Below, one piece after another: positions 24,450 to 35,699 of a stretch of 64,000 nt of DNA. Where the stretch lies: contig NC_068987.1 in NCBI RefSeq assembly GCF_001194135.2, positions 105,550,059 through 105,614,058 on the forward strand. The letters run 5' to 3'. Made by a program: the position numbers and the translations under genes. The notes under the pieces are model-generated. The model was given only the letters and a program-made list of their open reading frames with translations. It was not told where the DNA came from and ran no database searches. The number at the start of each line of letters is the position of its first letter. Position 1 is the first letter of the stretch. This stretch comes from Octopus bimaculoides (taxonomy: Eukaryota).

Positions 24450-24900
24450 TGTTGCTGCTGGTTACTGGTTATGTCACATGTGGGTTTCTCTATAGCTGTG
24501 GCTTACTGTTACGTAGTCTTATCCAGGCTACATCGATATGATAATCTACATTAGTAATACGTTAGCTTATCCTCATTAATCAAGATGGTAATTTATGTCG
24601 TATCCTTGAAAATAATGTTGCTGCAGTGAAGATTCTTTTCCCACCTGATGTTAGAAAGTTGCTTTGTGTCGATTATGATGTGCTGAGCATGTTGGCTATG
24701 AAGATTCAGTCGACGAATAAATCTTCACCAAAGAAAATATTCTTTGGTCATATCTACTGACATCGCCAGCTGTTTCAGGATATGAAACTTCTCTGTCAAT
24801 CATAGACTACAGCTTCATGTACCATTCGTATATAGAGTGGAGTTGGCCACGTCATTACAAGTTATGGGTGTCTAGAAAGCAAATCTGTCCCAACAAAATA
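24450..24900 (-). mobile_element. Possible decayed RTE-like LINE fragment
   Basis: EKFHILKQLAM resembles the LERFHxRCLR motif; otherwise many stops. Confidence 0.3.
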
Positions 24901-25197
24901 TAATTGTAATGTTGGTATTTAAACGTTTGTGATAGTTGAACGTAGTTAGAAAATGGAATATTAGTAGAGATAAAAAGTTCTTGAATCTATTGGGTTATAT
25001 ATTTCTTTATTTAATACTTATTTAAGCAAGCTCTACATGCGACAGAAAAACGTATCGTTTACTGTTTTACTACAAAAACGAACTTATCCTTTCGAATCCC
25101 GTGAAAGGCAAGTTTAGTGCTCGTGGGTGACAACGCCAAAAAGACACAGAAATGCATGCGTCATGCAACCCAGCACATCATGAGTGTTTATAACATT

Positions 25198-25199
<2 letters not shown>

Positions 25200-25290
<91 letters not shown>
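25200..25290. repeat. (CA)n microsatellite
   Basis: Seen directly. Confidence 0.98.
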
Positions 25291-25291
<1 letters not shown>

Positions 25292-25950
25292 GCAAGAGCA
25301 CAGAGTGAGAGGGAGAGAGAGAAAGAGACAGAGCAAGTCGCTTAAAACTACTTAAATATTTAACGAGTAGTAGTTACTGCTTTTACTTATCTGCATATGA
25401 GCTCACGCGCTGGAAGCGTTTGTTACTTGACTAACCTACCGAGACAGTGTTTGTGTGAATAAACTGTAAATAATTCAACATATATCATAATTTAGTTTAA
25501 TTAACTTATTTGCAATACACACAGACACTCATACATATATACAAATTTATATGCATGTAAACGTATATTATATTTATATATTTATATGCTTATATTCATA
25601 TATACCTACACACAAAAACATACGTAATTCTCTGTGGGCAACATAAATAGTTATTCCGTGACTACATAATAGTAGTACTGTAAAGCAATTTTGTTGACAA
25701 AGCATAAATCAAAGAGTCAAAGAAAATGTTTGAAAATTGGAAATATTTTGAACATCGCTACTTATTATATACGAATACATACATACATTCGTACATATGT
25801 GTGCCTGTCTGTCTGTCTGTCTGTATGTATGTCTACATATGTATGTATGTGTATGTATGTATGCATATATATATATGTATCATATATATGTATGTATACA
25901 CATATATACATATATATATAAATGTCTCTCCTCTCTCTCTTCCACTCTCT

Positions 25951-26023
<73 letters not shown>

Positions 26024-26026
<3 letters not shown>

Positions 26027-26652
26027 GGTACGATGGGTGAATTATCGCCATTTTATATTTTTACTTTCGCACATGCTGATGATTTGTTTTTGATTTTGTC
26101 GACTACACAGTATAGTAGGATCAGTTGGGCACCGTCTGTGAAGAAACAGAACCATGACGCAATTCACTTTGCCAGAAATTTGGAAACAACATGCTGTACT
26201 GCTTGGCACTGGAAGCTTCAATACGAACGTTTCAGAGTGTCTGGGTTTCAATCTGAAGACAGTGCATGTATCGAGAGTGATAAAAGTCAAACATCCAGGC
26301 AACATCATGGTGTTTGGAGTGATCACTAGTGATGGCAACGTAATGCCTCCATTCATCTTCCCACACGGCCGCAGACTCAACACGGAAGCCTTCATCAAGT
26401 GCCTGGAGGAGGTAGTGCTGCCCTGGATAAAGAGAGTGGCTGCTGGAAGACCCTCTGTCTGGTGACAGGACTCTGCATCATGCCACACAAGCAGGAGAAC
26501 CCAGCCATGGCTTTCAGACAGCTTCTGCGATCACATCACCCCTAACATTTACTCTTTAGTATTTCAAGATTTTTCATGTGATTTTGGGCAAATATACTTG
26601 TTAAAATGAGATGTCAGTGTTATTTTCATTTTTGCGTAATTTAGGCGACAGT
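26024..26652 (+). mobile_element. Tc1/mariner-superfamily non-autonomous element (maT/DD37D-like), copy 1
   Basis: TA followed by CAGGGTACGATG left end. Transposase remnant KHPGNIMVFGVITSDGNVMPPFIFP...W*QDSASCHTS. Right TIR truncated. Confidence 0.9.
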
Positions 26653-26849
26653 TTAAAACAAGTACTGGGTTCAATTTGTTCAATTAACTCTATAAGACGG
26701 TGCTACAGCATAGCCGCGGCCCAGTGATCGAAAGAAGTAAAAGAGTACAATGATATACGATAGATTTACGTGCTCAATGCAAAAATGAAAAAAAAATAAC
26801 GTGATGGTCACTTTGTTGGAATGTCTGTTAGCTGTAGGTGTGCCTGATC

Positions 26850-27420
26850 AGAGGAAAACATGGGTTTAATAAGGAGAAGGAGGAGGAAGAGGAGGAGAAG
26901 AAGAGGAAGGAAGGGAAGAAGAGGAGGAGCAGGGGGGGAGAAGAAGAAAAAAAGAAAAAGAAGAAAACATGGGTTTAACAAAGAAGAGGAGGAGAACAGG
27001 AAGAAAGAGGAGGATGAGGAGAGAAGAAGCAAATGAACAAAATGAAGAAAAACATGGATTTAACAATGAGGAGGAGAAGAGGAAGAAACAGGTGGAGGAA
27101 GAGAGAAGAAGAATTAAAAAAAAGAAGAAGCAGAAAAATCATGGGTTTAGCAAAGAAGAGGCGGACAAGAGGAAGAAAGAGGAGGAGGGGGAGAAGAAGA
27201 ATCAGAAAAAGAAGAAACAAAAAAGAAACTATGAGTTTAACAAGGAAGAGGACAAGAAGAGAAAAGAGGAGGCGGAGGGGAGAAGAAGAAGAAAAAGGAG
27301 AAAAAGGAGAAAACATGGGTTTAACAAGGAGGAGGAGGAGGAGAGGAAGGAAGAGGAGGAGGGAAGAAGAAGCAGCAGAAAAAGAAGAAACTGAGGGGAA
27401 AAAAAAAGAAGACAACGATA
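26850..27420 (+). repeat. Purine-rich minisatellite: six AAAACATGGGTTTAACAA-type anchors separated by GAA/GGA spacers
   Basis: Anchor ATGs at 26860, 26969, 27054, 27141, 27231 and 27315 (spacing 84-109 bp). Confidence 0.92.
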
Positions 27421-27840
27421 TTTTCCACTCAGTGCACTTTAATAGGGAAATCGTAGAACAGGTAGAAACATTTAATCATATGGCTCACAGCAGCTCATCA
27501 ATGGTTTAGATTTTTCTGCCTGAGCAAAAAGTTCATATAAGCCTCAGAGTAATGCTAAAATATATTCTGTTGGTCCAATCATCCTCCATGAACCCCTTAG
27601 ACCGAGGGGCTATTTCAGAATTATATTTTCGAGGTATTATCTTGAATCTAAGGCTGAATGAAACTTTAGAAAGAAAACCAAAAGCAAAGATTTCCAGCGC
27701 CTTGAATCCCCGATTCCAATAATGTTATGCTTTAGTAAGTTGTAATATTAGAACCCAAGATGGAGGCAGATTCTATTTAAATGCAAGAGTAATTCAGTAC
27801 ACGCCTACATACGAACATATCGGTACACGTACACTCATGT

Positions 27841-27867
27841 CTATCTATCTATCTATCTATCTATCCT

Positions 27868-27921
<54 letters not shown>
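27841..27921. repeat. (TATC)n-(TGTC)n tetranucleotide repeat
   Basis: Seen directly. Confidence 0.97.
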
Positions 27922-28235
27922 ACACACACGAGCAGATATAAATATAATTTCATATAAATGTGCGTATAAACAGGCGTTGACACTAACACGCGAGCGCATA
28001 TGTTTCGGGACAAAACCGCATATATCCGAACACACACAAACACACAGACACACACATACATTTATATAGACAAACATATATACACTTCTGCATATGTGGG
28101 CACTTACATGCAATTGAATATATCGTACACACACAAATGTAAGTATATGCATTAATATGCACATTAACACATTCATGCACGATACACACGTGTGTGCGTG
28201 TGTCTGTGTAGATATATGTATTTATTTATTTATGG

Positions 28236-28472
28236 GTTTCAGCCAAGTGGCTGTGGTCATGCTGGAGCACCACCGTGACTTTCCGTCTTTATGCTGTGCT
28301 CTCTTCACGTTCCTTGCATGGCTCGCCTCCTCCATTTGATATAGTCCAATCAAGAGTTTTGATGGCACATCTGGTGTATAAACTGTGTCTCATTTCGAGC
28401 CATTGGTTCGTCTGGTATTGTGGAGAGGAAAGCGTCGAGTTTTGTCTTGAAGACCTCTATATCCATGTCTAC
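28236..28472 (-). mobile_element. CR1-like LINE 3' end (ORF2 C-terminus plus 3' UTR)
   Basis: Minus strand reads VDMDIEVFKTKLDAFLSTIPDEP (FKxxLDxFL motif typical of CR1/L2 ORF2 ends), followed by the tail GGTGGTGCTCCAGCATGACCACAGCCACTTGGCTGAAAC. Confidence 0.65.
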
Positions 28473-28476
28473 ATAC

Positions 28477-28508
<32 letters not shown>

Positions 28509-28876
28509 NNNNNNNNNNNNNNNNNNNNNNNNNNNNNNNNNNNNNNNNNNNNNNNNNNNNNNNNNNNNNNNNNNNNNNNNNNNNNNNNNNNNNNNNNNNN
28601 NNNNNNNNNNNNNNNNNNNNNNNNNNNNNNNNNNNNNNNNNNNNNNNNNNNNNNNNNNNNNNNNNNNNNNNNNNNNNNNNNNNNNNNNNNNNNNNNNNNN
28701 NNNNNNNNNNNNNNNNNNNNNNNNNNNNNNNNNNNNNNNNNNNNNNNNNNNNNNNNNNNNNNNNNNNNNNTATATATATATAATTATTTATACGTATATA
28801 TGCATGTATATATGTATATATACATACATACATAAATATATACATACATACATATAAAGTAATGTCTTTTGCCATT

Positions 28877-29420
28877 TCAACAAGGCTGTTCTATAAAAAC
28901 TACGTTACTACCATGTTTTTAATCCCTACCATCTAGCGGTGACAAGATCAGTAGACCCGTCTAGTTTTAAGGTATTTGCCTCCGTCAGTACTGGATACCT
29001 GTCTTCTAGACATGGCGATTGTTCGTCCTAACTCGTAATATATACAAAAATAAGCAACTTTCAGGCGCTGATTTTGTAGAAAGCAAACTAGCTAGTTCCA
29101 AAATCTCTATAAAAGATGTAACTAGTAACAATACTGAAAAAGATTTTAGAACTAGCGTCTGAATGTCGCTTAATTTTCTATATATTGCAACTTAGGACGA
29201 ACGACTACCATATCTAGCAGATAAGTGTCCAGTACTGAAGAAGGGAAACACCCTGATGCCAGACTAATCTACAGGTCTTTTCACCACTAGATGGTAGGGG
29301 TTCGCTCCCCAACACGTAATTTTTCGGGCACAGCTTGTATCGTTAACCAGCTGGAAGAGATGTCCTCCTGGGGTTAAAAACATGGCAGCAACGTAGTTCC
29401 GTACGGAACTACCATTTTGA
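28877..29420. mobile_element. Fold-back MITE, older copy of the TTAA-flanked family
   Basis: Imperfect inverted arms of ~200 bp (CCCTACCATCTAG...TCAGTACTGGA...GTTCGTCCTAA). Ends resemble the TIRs of 63530-64000. Confidence 0.75.
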
Positions 29421-29477
29421 AGCAGCAACAAATATTACTTTTCCGTATTGTTACTACTTACATCTCTTATAGAACTA

Positions 29478-29630
29478 GCTGGCTTTGTGGTAAGTAGCTT
29501 GCTTACCAGCCGCATGGTTCCGGGTTCAGTCCCACTGCATGGCACCTTGGGAAAGTGTCTTCTACTACAGCCTCGGGCCGACCAATGCCTTGTGAGTGTA
29601 TTTCGTAGACGGAAACTGAAAGAATCCCTA
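29478..29630 (+). mobile_element. SINE family B 5' part, interrupted by a Penelope fragment (tail at 30290-30358)
   Basis: GTGGTAAGTAGCTTGCTTACC...GGTTCCGGGTTCAGTCCCACTG...GGAAACTGAAAGAA matches 42768-42927. Confidence 0.9.
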
Positions 29631-30130
29631 GAGGCGAACTGGCGTACCGCTTTAGAAGGGCACTAGACTAGCTTAAGCTTAGAAATAAGGTTGTAGAAAG
29701 GCTAGGTTACCCTTTCAAATCACTTATCAGTAGGACCTACCCTTTTAATAGAATACCCTGTACTAATAGGAACTGTAATGTATGTAGAGTTAGCCCACAA
29801 ACAAATTGTAAAACTAGGAATGTAGTCTATAGACTAAGATGTACAGAGGGACGGTGCAGAAATAAGACAACGACGTGTGTAGGGGAGACAGCACGTAGCA
29901 TAGGAGAGCGGATTAATGATCATTTGAGGGAACTCAAGGTAGAGAAGAGCTCGTCGGTACTATACCAACACGCCGAGCGGGAACACCGGGGCTCACTAAA
30001 CAACATAGAAGTAAAAAAATTTTGTCCACACATAGAACAGACGCAACGCTTAGACAAATTACGGAAGCTACACACATAATAGAAACACGCATTCCAAGGA
30101 GAAAAGTATTAAAAATAACCATAACAAATA
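29631..30130 (+). mobile_element. Penelope-like element, GIY-YIG endonuclease C-terminal fragment
   Basis: Stop-free frame from ~29686: KVVERLGYPFKSLISRTYPFNRIPCTNRNCNVCRVSPQTNCKTRNVVYRLRCTEGRCRNKTTTCVGETARSIGERINDH. Frameshift at an A-run near 30015. Confidence 0.85.
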
Positions 30131-30289
30131 TGGATGTATAAACGCTCTCGGGCAAGCTGCATGGCGCGATCACACTCACTCATACAAGCATCCACGAAAA
30201 TGTGAGCATACGCACACGTGAGGTTTAGTTCACTCATAATCACAAAGCGAGTTAACTATCTCCTTGGTGTTTGTAAGAATGGGGAGGTT

Positions 30290-30358
30290 AAAAGTACTAG
30301 GCGGTGCTCCAGCATGGCCGCAGTCAAATGACTGAAGCAAGTAAAAGAGTAAAAGAGC
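30290..30358 (+). mobile_element. SINE family B 3' tail
   Basis: GGCGGTGCTCCAGCATGGCCGCAGTCAAATGACTGAAGCAAGTAAAAGAGTAAAAGAG matches 43125-43188. Confidence 0.85.
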
Positions 30359-30390
30359 AATATATATATATATATATATATAATATATAT

Positions 30391-30424
<34 letters not shown>

Positions 30425-30721
30425 GAAACCACTGTATTATCTAGAAATATAAGTAGTATTGTTCTTTAATAACCCTCAACTATTTTAATCTGTTTTCCTC
30501 CGATTCACTGCACTAGCACCTCCAAGATTGAATGGTCTAAATGATAATGGTGCGAAACCACGATGATATTTTGGTTCATAGACTGACGAGGAACACTCAG
30601 CTGCGAATATTCCGTGTATCGTGTCATTGTCTATATTCCTCGTCCGTTAAGTCTTCGTCTAGTTACCCATTTGCTCTGCTTTCGTCTAACTTTTTTCCTT
30701 GTGTTTTGTATATATGGTCAT

Positions 30722-30965
30722 TTGGAGGCGCATGGTTTAATGTTATGGTATTTCACTTACGATCGTAAGATTGTGGTTTCAATTCCTAAACCGGACGATG
30801 CTTTATGTTGTTAAGCAAAACACTCCATTTCCAGTTTCTCCAGTCCACTCAGCTGGCAAAAATGAGTAACCCTTCGACGGACCGGCGTTCCCTCCATCGA
30901 GGGGAATACAGACTTCACATAATCCGGGAAACCTGCCTAATGAGCATATGGGTCGGGAAGGAAAT
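30722..30965 (+). mobile_element. tRNA-derived SINE family E, degenerate
   Basis: GGAGGCGCATGG head, GGTTTCAATTCC B-box-like, and AGCAAAACACT...CACTCAGCTG..AAATGAG body shared with 32586-32925. Confidence 0.7.
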
Positions 30966-31302
30966 CTGATCCTATTTGATATCAGGTCATGTGCAAATAT
31001 AATTTAGCATAGCATTAGGCTTCCTGATATTTTTCTTAGTACACAAACACACACAAACACACATACTCGTAGACGTACCTATATAAGCGTGTTCTCACAA
31101 AAATGCACGCACATTAGCGTTTAAATTTACGTATTCTGACATATTTAATATTCAAATACACACGTATGTTTCGAAAGTGAAAATGTACAAACTTAAATAG
31201 TTGAAGTTGCATCCGAGCAAATATGTATTGTGTATGTGAGAGTGTGTGCGTATGTGTGAGTGTGTATGAGTGTGTGTATGTGTGCGTGAGTGCCTTTCTT
31301 CC

Positions 31303-31303
31303 C

Positions 31304-31349
<46 letters not shown>

Positions 31350-31362
31350 TCATCTATCTATC
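31303..31362. repeat. (TATC)n microsatellite
   Basis: Seen directly. Confidence 0.97.
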
Positions 31363-31719
31363 TCGCTTTTCATATATTTCGTAATATTCTACTATACACA
31401 CAAACGCAAGTACGCGAATGCTCACACATACGCATACATTTAGACACACGTAACATACACACACACACAGACACACACGCACACACACGCGTGTGTGTAT
31501 TTGCATATGTATATTTCTGTGTGTGTGGGGGTATGTACATGTATGAGAGCTGTTATGCCTTCGTGTGTGTTGCATCCTTGACATACGATGTCAGATGTTC
31601 AGCATTAAGGTAAGAAAACGTAAAAGAAAACGTAAAAGAAAACGAAGATCTCCATTTCCAATTAATGTCTGTAACGTCGATGCCTAATTCTGTTTAGTTT
31701 GTTTTTCGCCGACTTTCTT

Positions 31720-31995
31720 TCATCGTCATATCCTCCTCCTCCTCTTCCTCTTCCTATACTCTTTTCCTCCTTCTCCTACCCTCCTCCTCCTCGTCGTCGT
31801 CGTCGGGGTCATTATTATCATCAACGTTACGGTAACCATAATTGCCAAGAAAATTATCATCGTCATCATCATCATCATGCATCATCATTTGTCATCATCA
31901 TCATCATCATCAATTTCTAGCCCCACCAGTGCTACTACCAGCACCATCACCAGCAGCAGCAGCAGCACCACCACCACCACCACCACCATCATCAT
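31720..31995. repeat. Mosaic trinucleotide low-complexity tract (CCT/CGT/CAT/CAG/CAC)
   Basis: Seen directly. Confidence 0.93.
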
Positions 31996-32585
31996 TACTA
32001 TTTTTTCTTCATCTGACTTTTCTCCAATTTCTTCCACGATCTTCTCTCATACATTTTCACACAGATATACGCGTTTGTGTGTAGCATACATATGTAATTA
32101 TACTACAACAAACGTATTTGGTTGCATGTATACACACACACACACACATATATGCAACTATAAATGTATATGTGAGTATGTGTTTGTGTGTGTTTGTGTA
32201 TTTTTCATACAGGCGTGTGTTCATACATACATACATGCATTCATACAAAATACATATCCAAACATACCTAGGTAGGTAGATGCAGTGAACCAAATACAGA
32301 TTCATGATAATAGGATAATAGAAAGGGAACAACATTTGAAGGTAAGATGACTGAAAGAACCAACGCTAATGCTTGGTTTTCATAACCTCTGCAGACTTAG
32401 TATAGAGATGAGCACCACATGGGGTCCGGTAATTAAAAACCGAAAGAACATTAAACCAACGACCATAAAGAGTAATGTTCAAAGCTTCTTATTTTCCACT
32501 ATGTAATTCTCCCTGTACGACAATGAGATAGTTAATATAAGAGATACAAGTGCTGATTACGCATTAGATATACGTGTTTAGTTAT

Positions 32586-32925
32586 GAAGGCGCATAGCTC
32601 AGTGGTTAGAGCGTCGGGCTCATGATAATGAGGTAGTGAGTTTGATTCTCGGGCCGAGCTGTGTGTTGTGTTCTTGAGCAAGACACTTTATTTCACGTTA
32701 ACTCAGCTGTAGAAATGAGTTTCAACGTCACTGGTGCCAAGCTGTATCGGCCTTTGCCGTTCCCTTGGATAACAGCAGTAGCATGGAGAGGGGAGACTGC
32801 TATGTATGAGCGACTGCTGGTCTTCCATAAACAACCTTACCTGGATTTGTGCCTCGGAGGGTAACTTTCTAGGTGCAATCCCATGGTCATTCATGACCGA
32901 GTGGGATTTTTGCCCCCTTTGTTTA
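32586..32925 (+). mobile_element. tRNA-derived SINE family E
   Basis: A-box-like TAGCTCAGTGG (32595-32605), B-box-like GAGTTTGATTCTC, then GTGTTCTTGAGCAAGACACTTTAT core. Confidence 0.85.
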
Positions 32926-33044
32926 TGAATGTTTAAATTGTGGAAGCGATTTCAATTTCTTCGTCAGTCAAGCTATATATATTTTGCCTCATACATAATA
33001 GACTAGACGTATCTCAAGTAGTATAATAATAATGATGATAAGAA

Positions 33045-33255
33045 TCGCAATAATCGTTAGCACACAGAGCAAAACGGTTAACAACATTTTGTCCGTCCAT
33101 ACGTTCCGAGTTCAAATTCCGCCGGGGTCGACTTTGCCTTTCACCCTTTGGAGGTCGATTAAATAAGTACCAGTTGAGCACTAGGGTCGATGCAATCGAT
33201 TTAGTCCCTCTCTCGAAATTGTTGACCTTCTGCCAAAGTGTGAAACCAATAATAA
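33045..33255 (+). mobile_element. SINE family A
   Basis: CGTTCCGAGTTCAAATTCCGCCGGGGTCGACTTTGCCTTTCACCCTTT...TAAGTACCAGTTGAGCACTAGGGTCGATG. Confidence 0.88.
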
Positions 33256-33550
33256 GGACAGTATTCTTAGTATGGACAAAGAAGGAGATCAAACTATCGA
33301 TGTGGATGTAAGAGAGGATTGGGATTTAAATTTAGTAAGCATTATAGACTATGACAGACACTTGGTAAAGGCTAGAAGGGACAGCAACCGAAGCATTGTG
33401 TTATCCTGAACCAAGGATTTCACAATGCACTGTGTGTATAATAATGAAAATTCCTCATTTTAGCAATTCGGAAAAAAACGACGCTACATGCTTAGACATA
33501 CACAATCACATACACAAATGCACATACATCTTTATATATATATATATATA

Positions 33551-33924
33551 TATAGTTATCGCCAAGCCAACATGGCAGTCCCAAAATTAGGACGAAAGCT
33601 GCCGTGAATTAGCTCCAAGAAGCCATCGCCTCTAGCTAGCTATGTGACACACGAAACCTGTGTCCTTTATAACCTTCGAACAGGGGAGGTCAGCAGTGTC
33701 CCCCTGCTGGTTTGGCATCTGCAGACTAGTTTCAGGGTGTTGCCCCTTGTCAATGCAGAGCAGCCTCCCCTGTTCGAAGGTTATAAAGGACACAGGTTTC
33801 GTGTGTCACATAGCTAGCTAGNNNNNNNNNNNNNNNNNNNNNNNNNNNNNNNNNNNNNNNNNNNNNNNNNNNNNNNNNNNNNNNNNNNNNNNNNNNNNNN
33901 NNNNNNNNNNNNNNNNNNNNNNNN
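33551..33924. mobile_element. Fold-back element with perfect 58-bp inverted arms; right end lies in the gap
   Basis: 33632-33689 is the exact reverse complement of 33764-33821; spacer 74 bp. TA runs flank both sides. Confidence 0.8.
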
Positions 33925-34479
33925 TATATATAAAAAATTTTTCCCGAATTTGTGTAAATGTGTATAGAATAATATATCAGTTGAATAAAGTTAAAACATG
34001 GTCTGATTTTCACGTTTTTCCTTGTGGCATTTAAATAAGTATATAAATTCTTTTACAATGTTGAAATGTGTTAAACATCAAAAAATTATTTTGTAATGTT
34101 TGACATCGACGTCATCATCGTTATCATCATCACCATCTCTAGCACCACCAGCGCCACCACCAGCACAATCACCACCAGCATCACCACCATATATACATAC
34201 ACACACATGCAGTCAAATACGTTTGTTATAGTATAATTACATTATGCTACACACACATTCGTATATGTGTGTGTAAATGTATGAGAGACGTTCTTGGACG
34301 CAAAAGAGACACCTATAGAACAACTTAGGGCAACACGAAAAAGATGAACCCATCAACAGAACACAATACCATTTCTAGTAACACACAATCATCAAAACAA
34401 ATTTGCCAATCATTAAACAAAGGGAAAAATCAAAAGAAAACACAATAACTAACTAAACACTAATCTTACGCACATAACC

Positions 34480-34830
34480 TACAGAAACTATTAACAAAGG
34501 CAAAATTCAACAGAAACAAACAGGGTAAAAAATTTACAGTATCCAAGTATAATGATAATAGATGTGGAACGTGTCAATACATGCATACTGGTAGGTCCTT
34601 AAGAACATAAAATAGACAGATTTTCGCAAGTACAGATATGAACTGCAAAAGCAGAAATTAGATCAACTGTATTAAATGCCCGAATTGAGAGGGACTATAT
34701 ATTGGCGAGACAGGGAATGCATTATCGGAACGCTTACGAGTCCACAGACAACAAATCCGGAATACTAATGTTCGCCAAATTCCACTGAGCGAATATGTGG
34801 CCAGAAAAGGTTTCTAATTTTTCCTTTCCA
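34480..34830 (+). mobile_element. Penelope-like GIY-YIG fragment
   Basis: RCGTCQYM..., MNCKSRN, KCPN, LYIGETGNALSERLRVHRQQIR, with stops and frameshifts. Confidence 0.8.
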
Positions 34831-35699
34831 CAAACTACTTTATATATATATATAATAGACAGAATGAGATGACAAAGCTAAGGCTGTGAGGAGTTTTCAG
34901 GACATTTATAAGAAAATAGTGTTACAGCTGTTTCTGGGATATTATGGATATTCCTTCATCAGAGACGGTGTGAGAAGTTTAAATAGAGGAAGTATTTGAG
35001 TTAGAATTATTATGGAAAAGGAGGAGATAGGGAATATAGAGGGAAATAAGAGANNNNNNNNNNTAGTTGCAGTTCCATTATTTGAGGAAAATGGTGTATA
35101 GAAGTGGTAAAAAAGTTTCCTGTACATGGTATGTAAGTTCGAATAGCAGTTCATGTTTAGTCATTTCATAGTATAGAGCCGTGGAATCTGTGTTGCTCGT
35201 TCAAAAGGGTTTTGTAGTGTGAATGAAAATTTTGAGATTGTTTTGGTAGTATTTGTGGATAGACAAGGGAGGAGAGATGTGTATGATTAGAAAGAGGAGA
35301 TAGGTCAAATTGCAAACAGTAGGAGAAAATGGGAAGAAAAAAGAGAGAGAGAAAAAACAAGAAGTGAAAAAAGCGAGAAAATGAAGAAAGGGTGAAAGAA
35401 GTGAGAAAAGGAGTGTTCGTTTGTGGTCAAGATAATGTGATGGGTGGATGGGAGTGGAGCAGGGATGGGATAGGGTAGAGAAAAGGTATGGGTGGGGTGA
35501 TACCGAAGTGAGTAGTAGATTTGGTAGTAAAATTTGAAGTGGAGGGAAGAATACAAGGATCTCGAATTACTATAAATAGACGTATGTCATAGGTTAGTGA
35601 TAGGTAGGAATCAGAGAGGAGGAAAGAAGGCATAATGACATACGCATGCATGGACTCACATACATATACATGTGCGAATATGTATACATACATATACAC

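Noticed and set aside
26850-27420. CRISPR-like array reading of the anchor/spacer repeat
   Set aside because: Eukaryotic context, low-complexity spacers of variable length, degenerate non-palindromic anchors and no cas genes.
26866-27509. K/E/R-rich and L/F/S-rich ORFs as protein-coding genes
   Set aside because: Several frames on both strands are open because the tract lacks T; there is no domain or splice evidence.
30575-30665. CTGACGAG as a hammerhead core
   Set aside because: No GAAAC at the right position; ACGAGGAA pairs instead with downstream TTCCTCGT as a simple hairpin.
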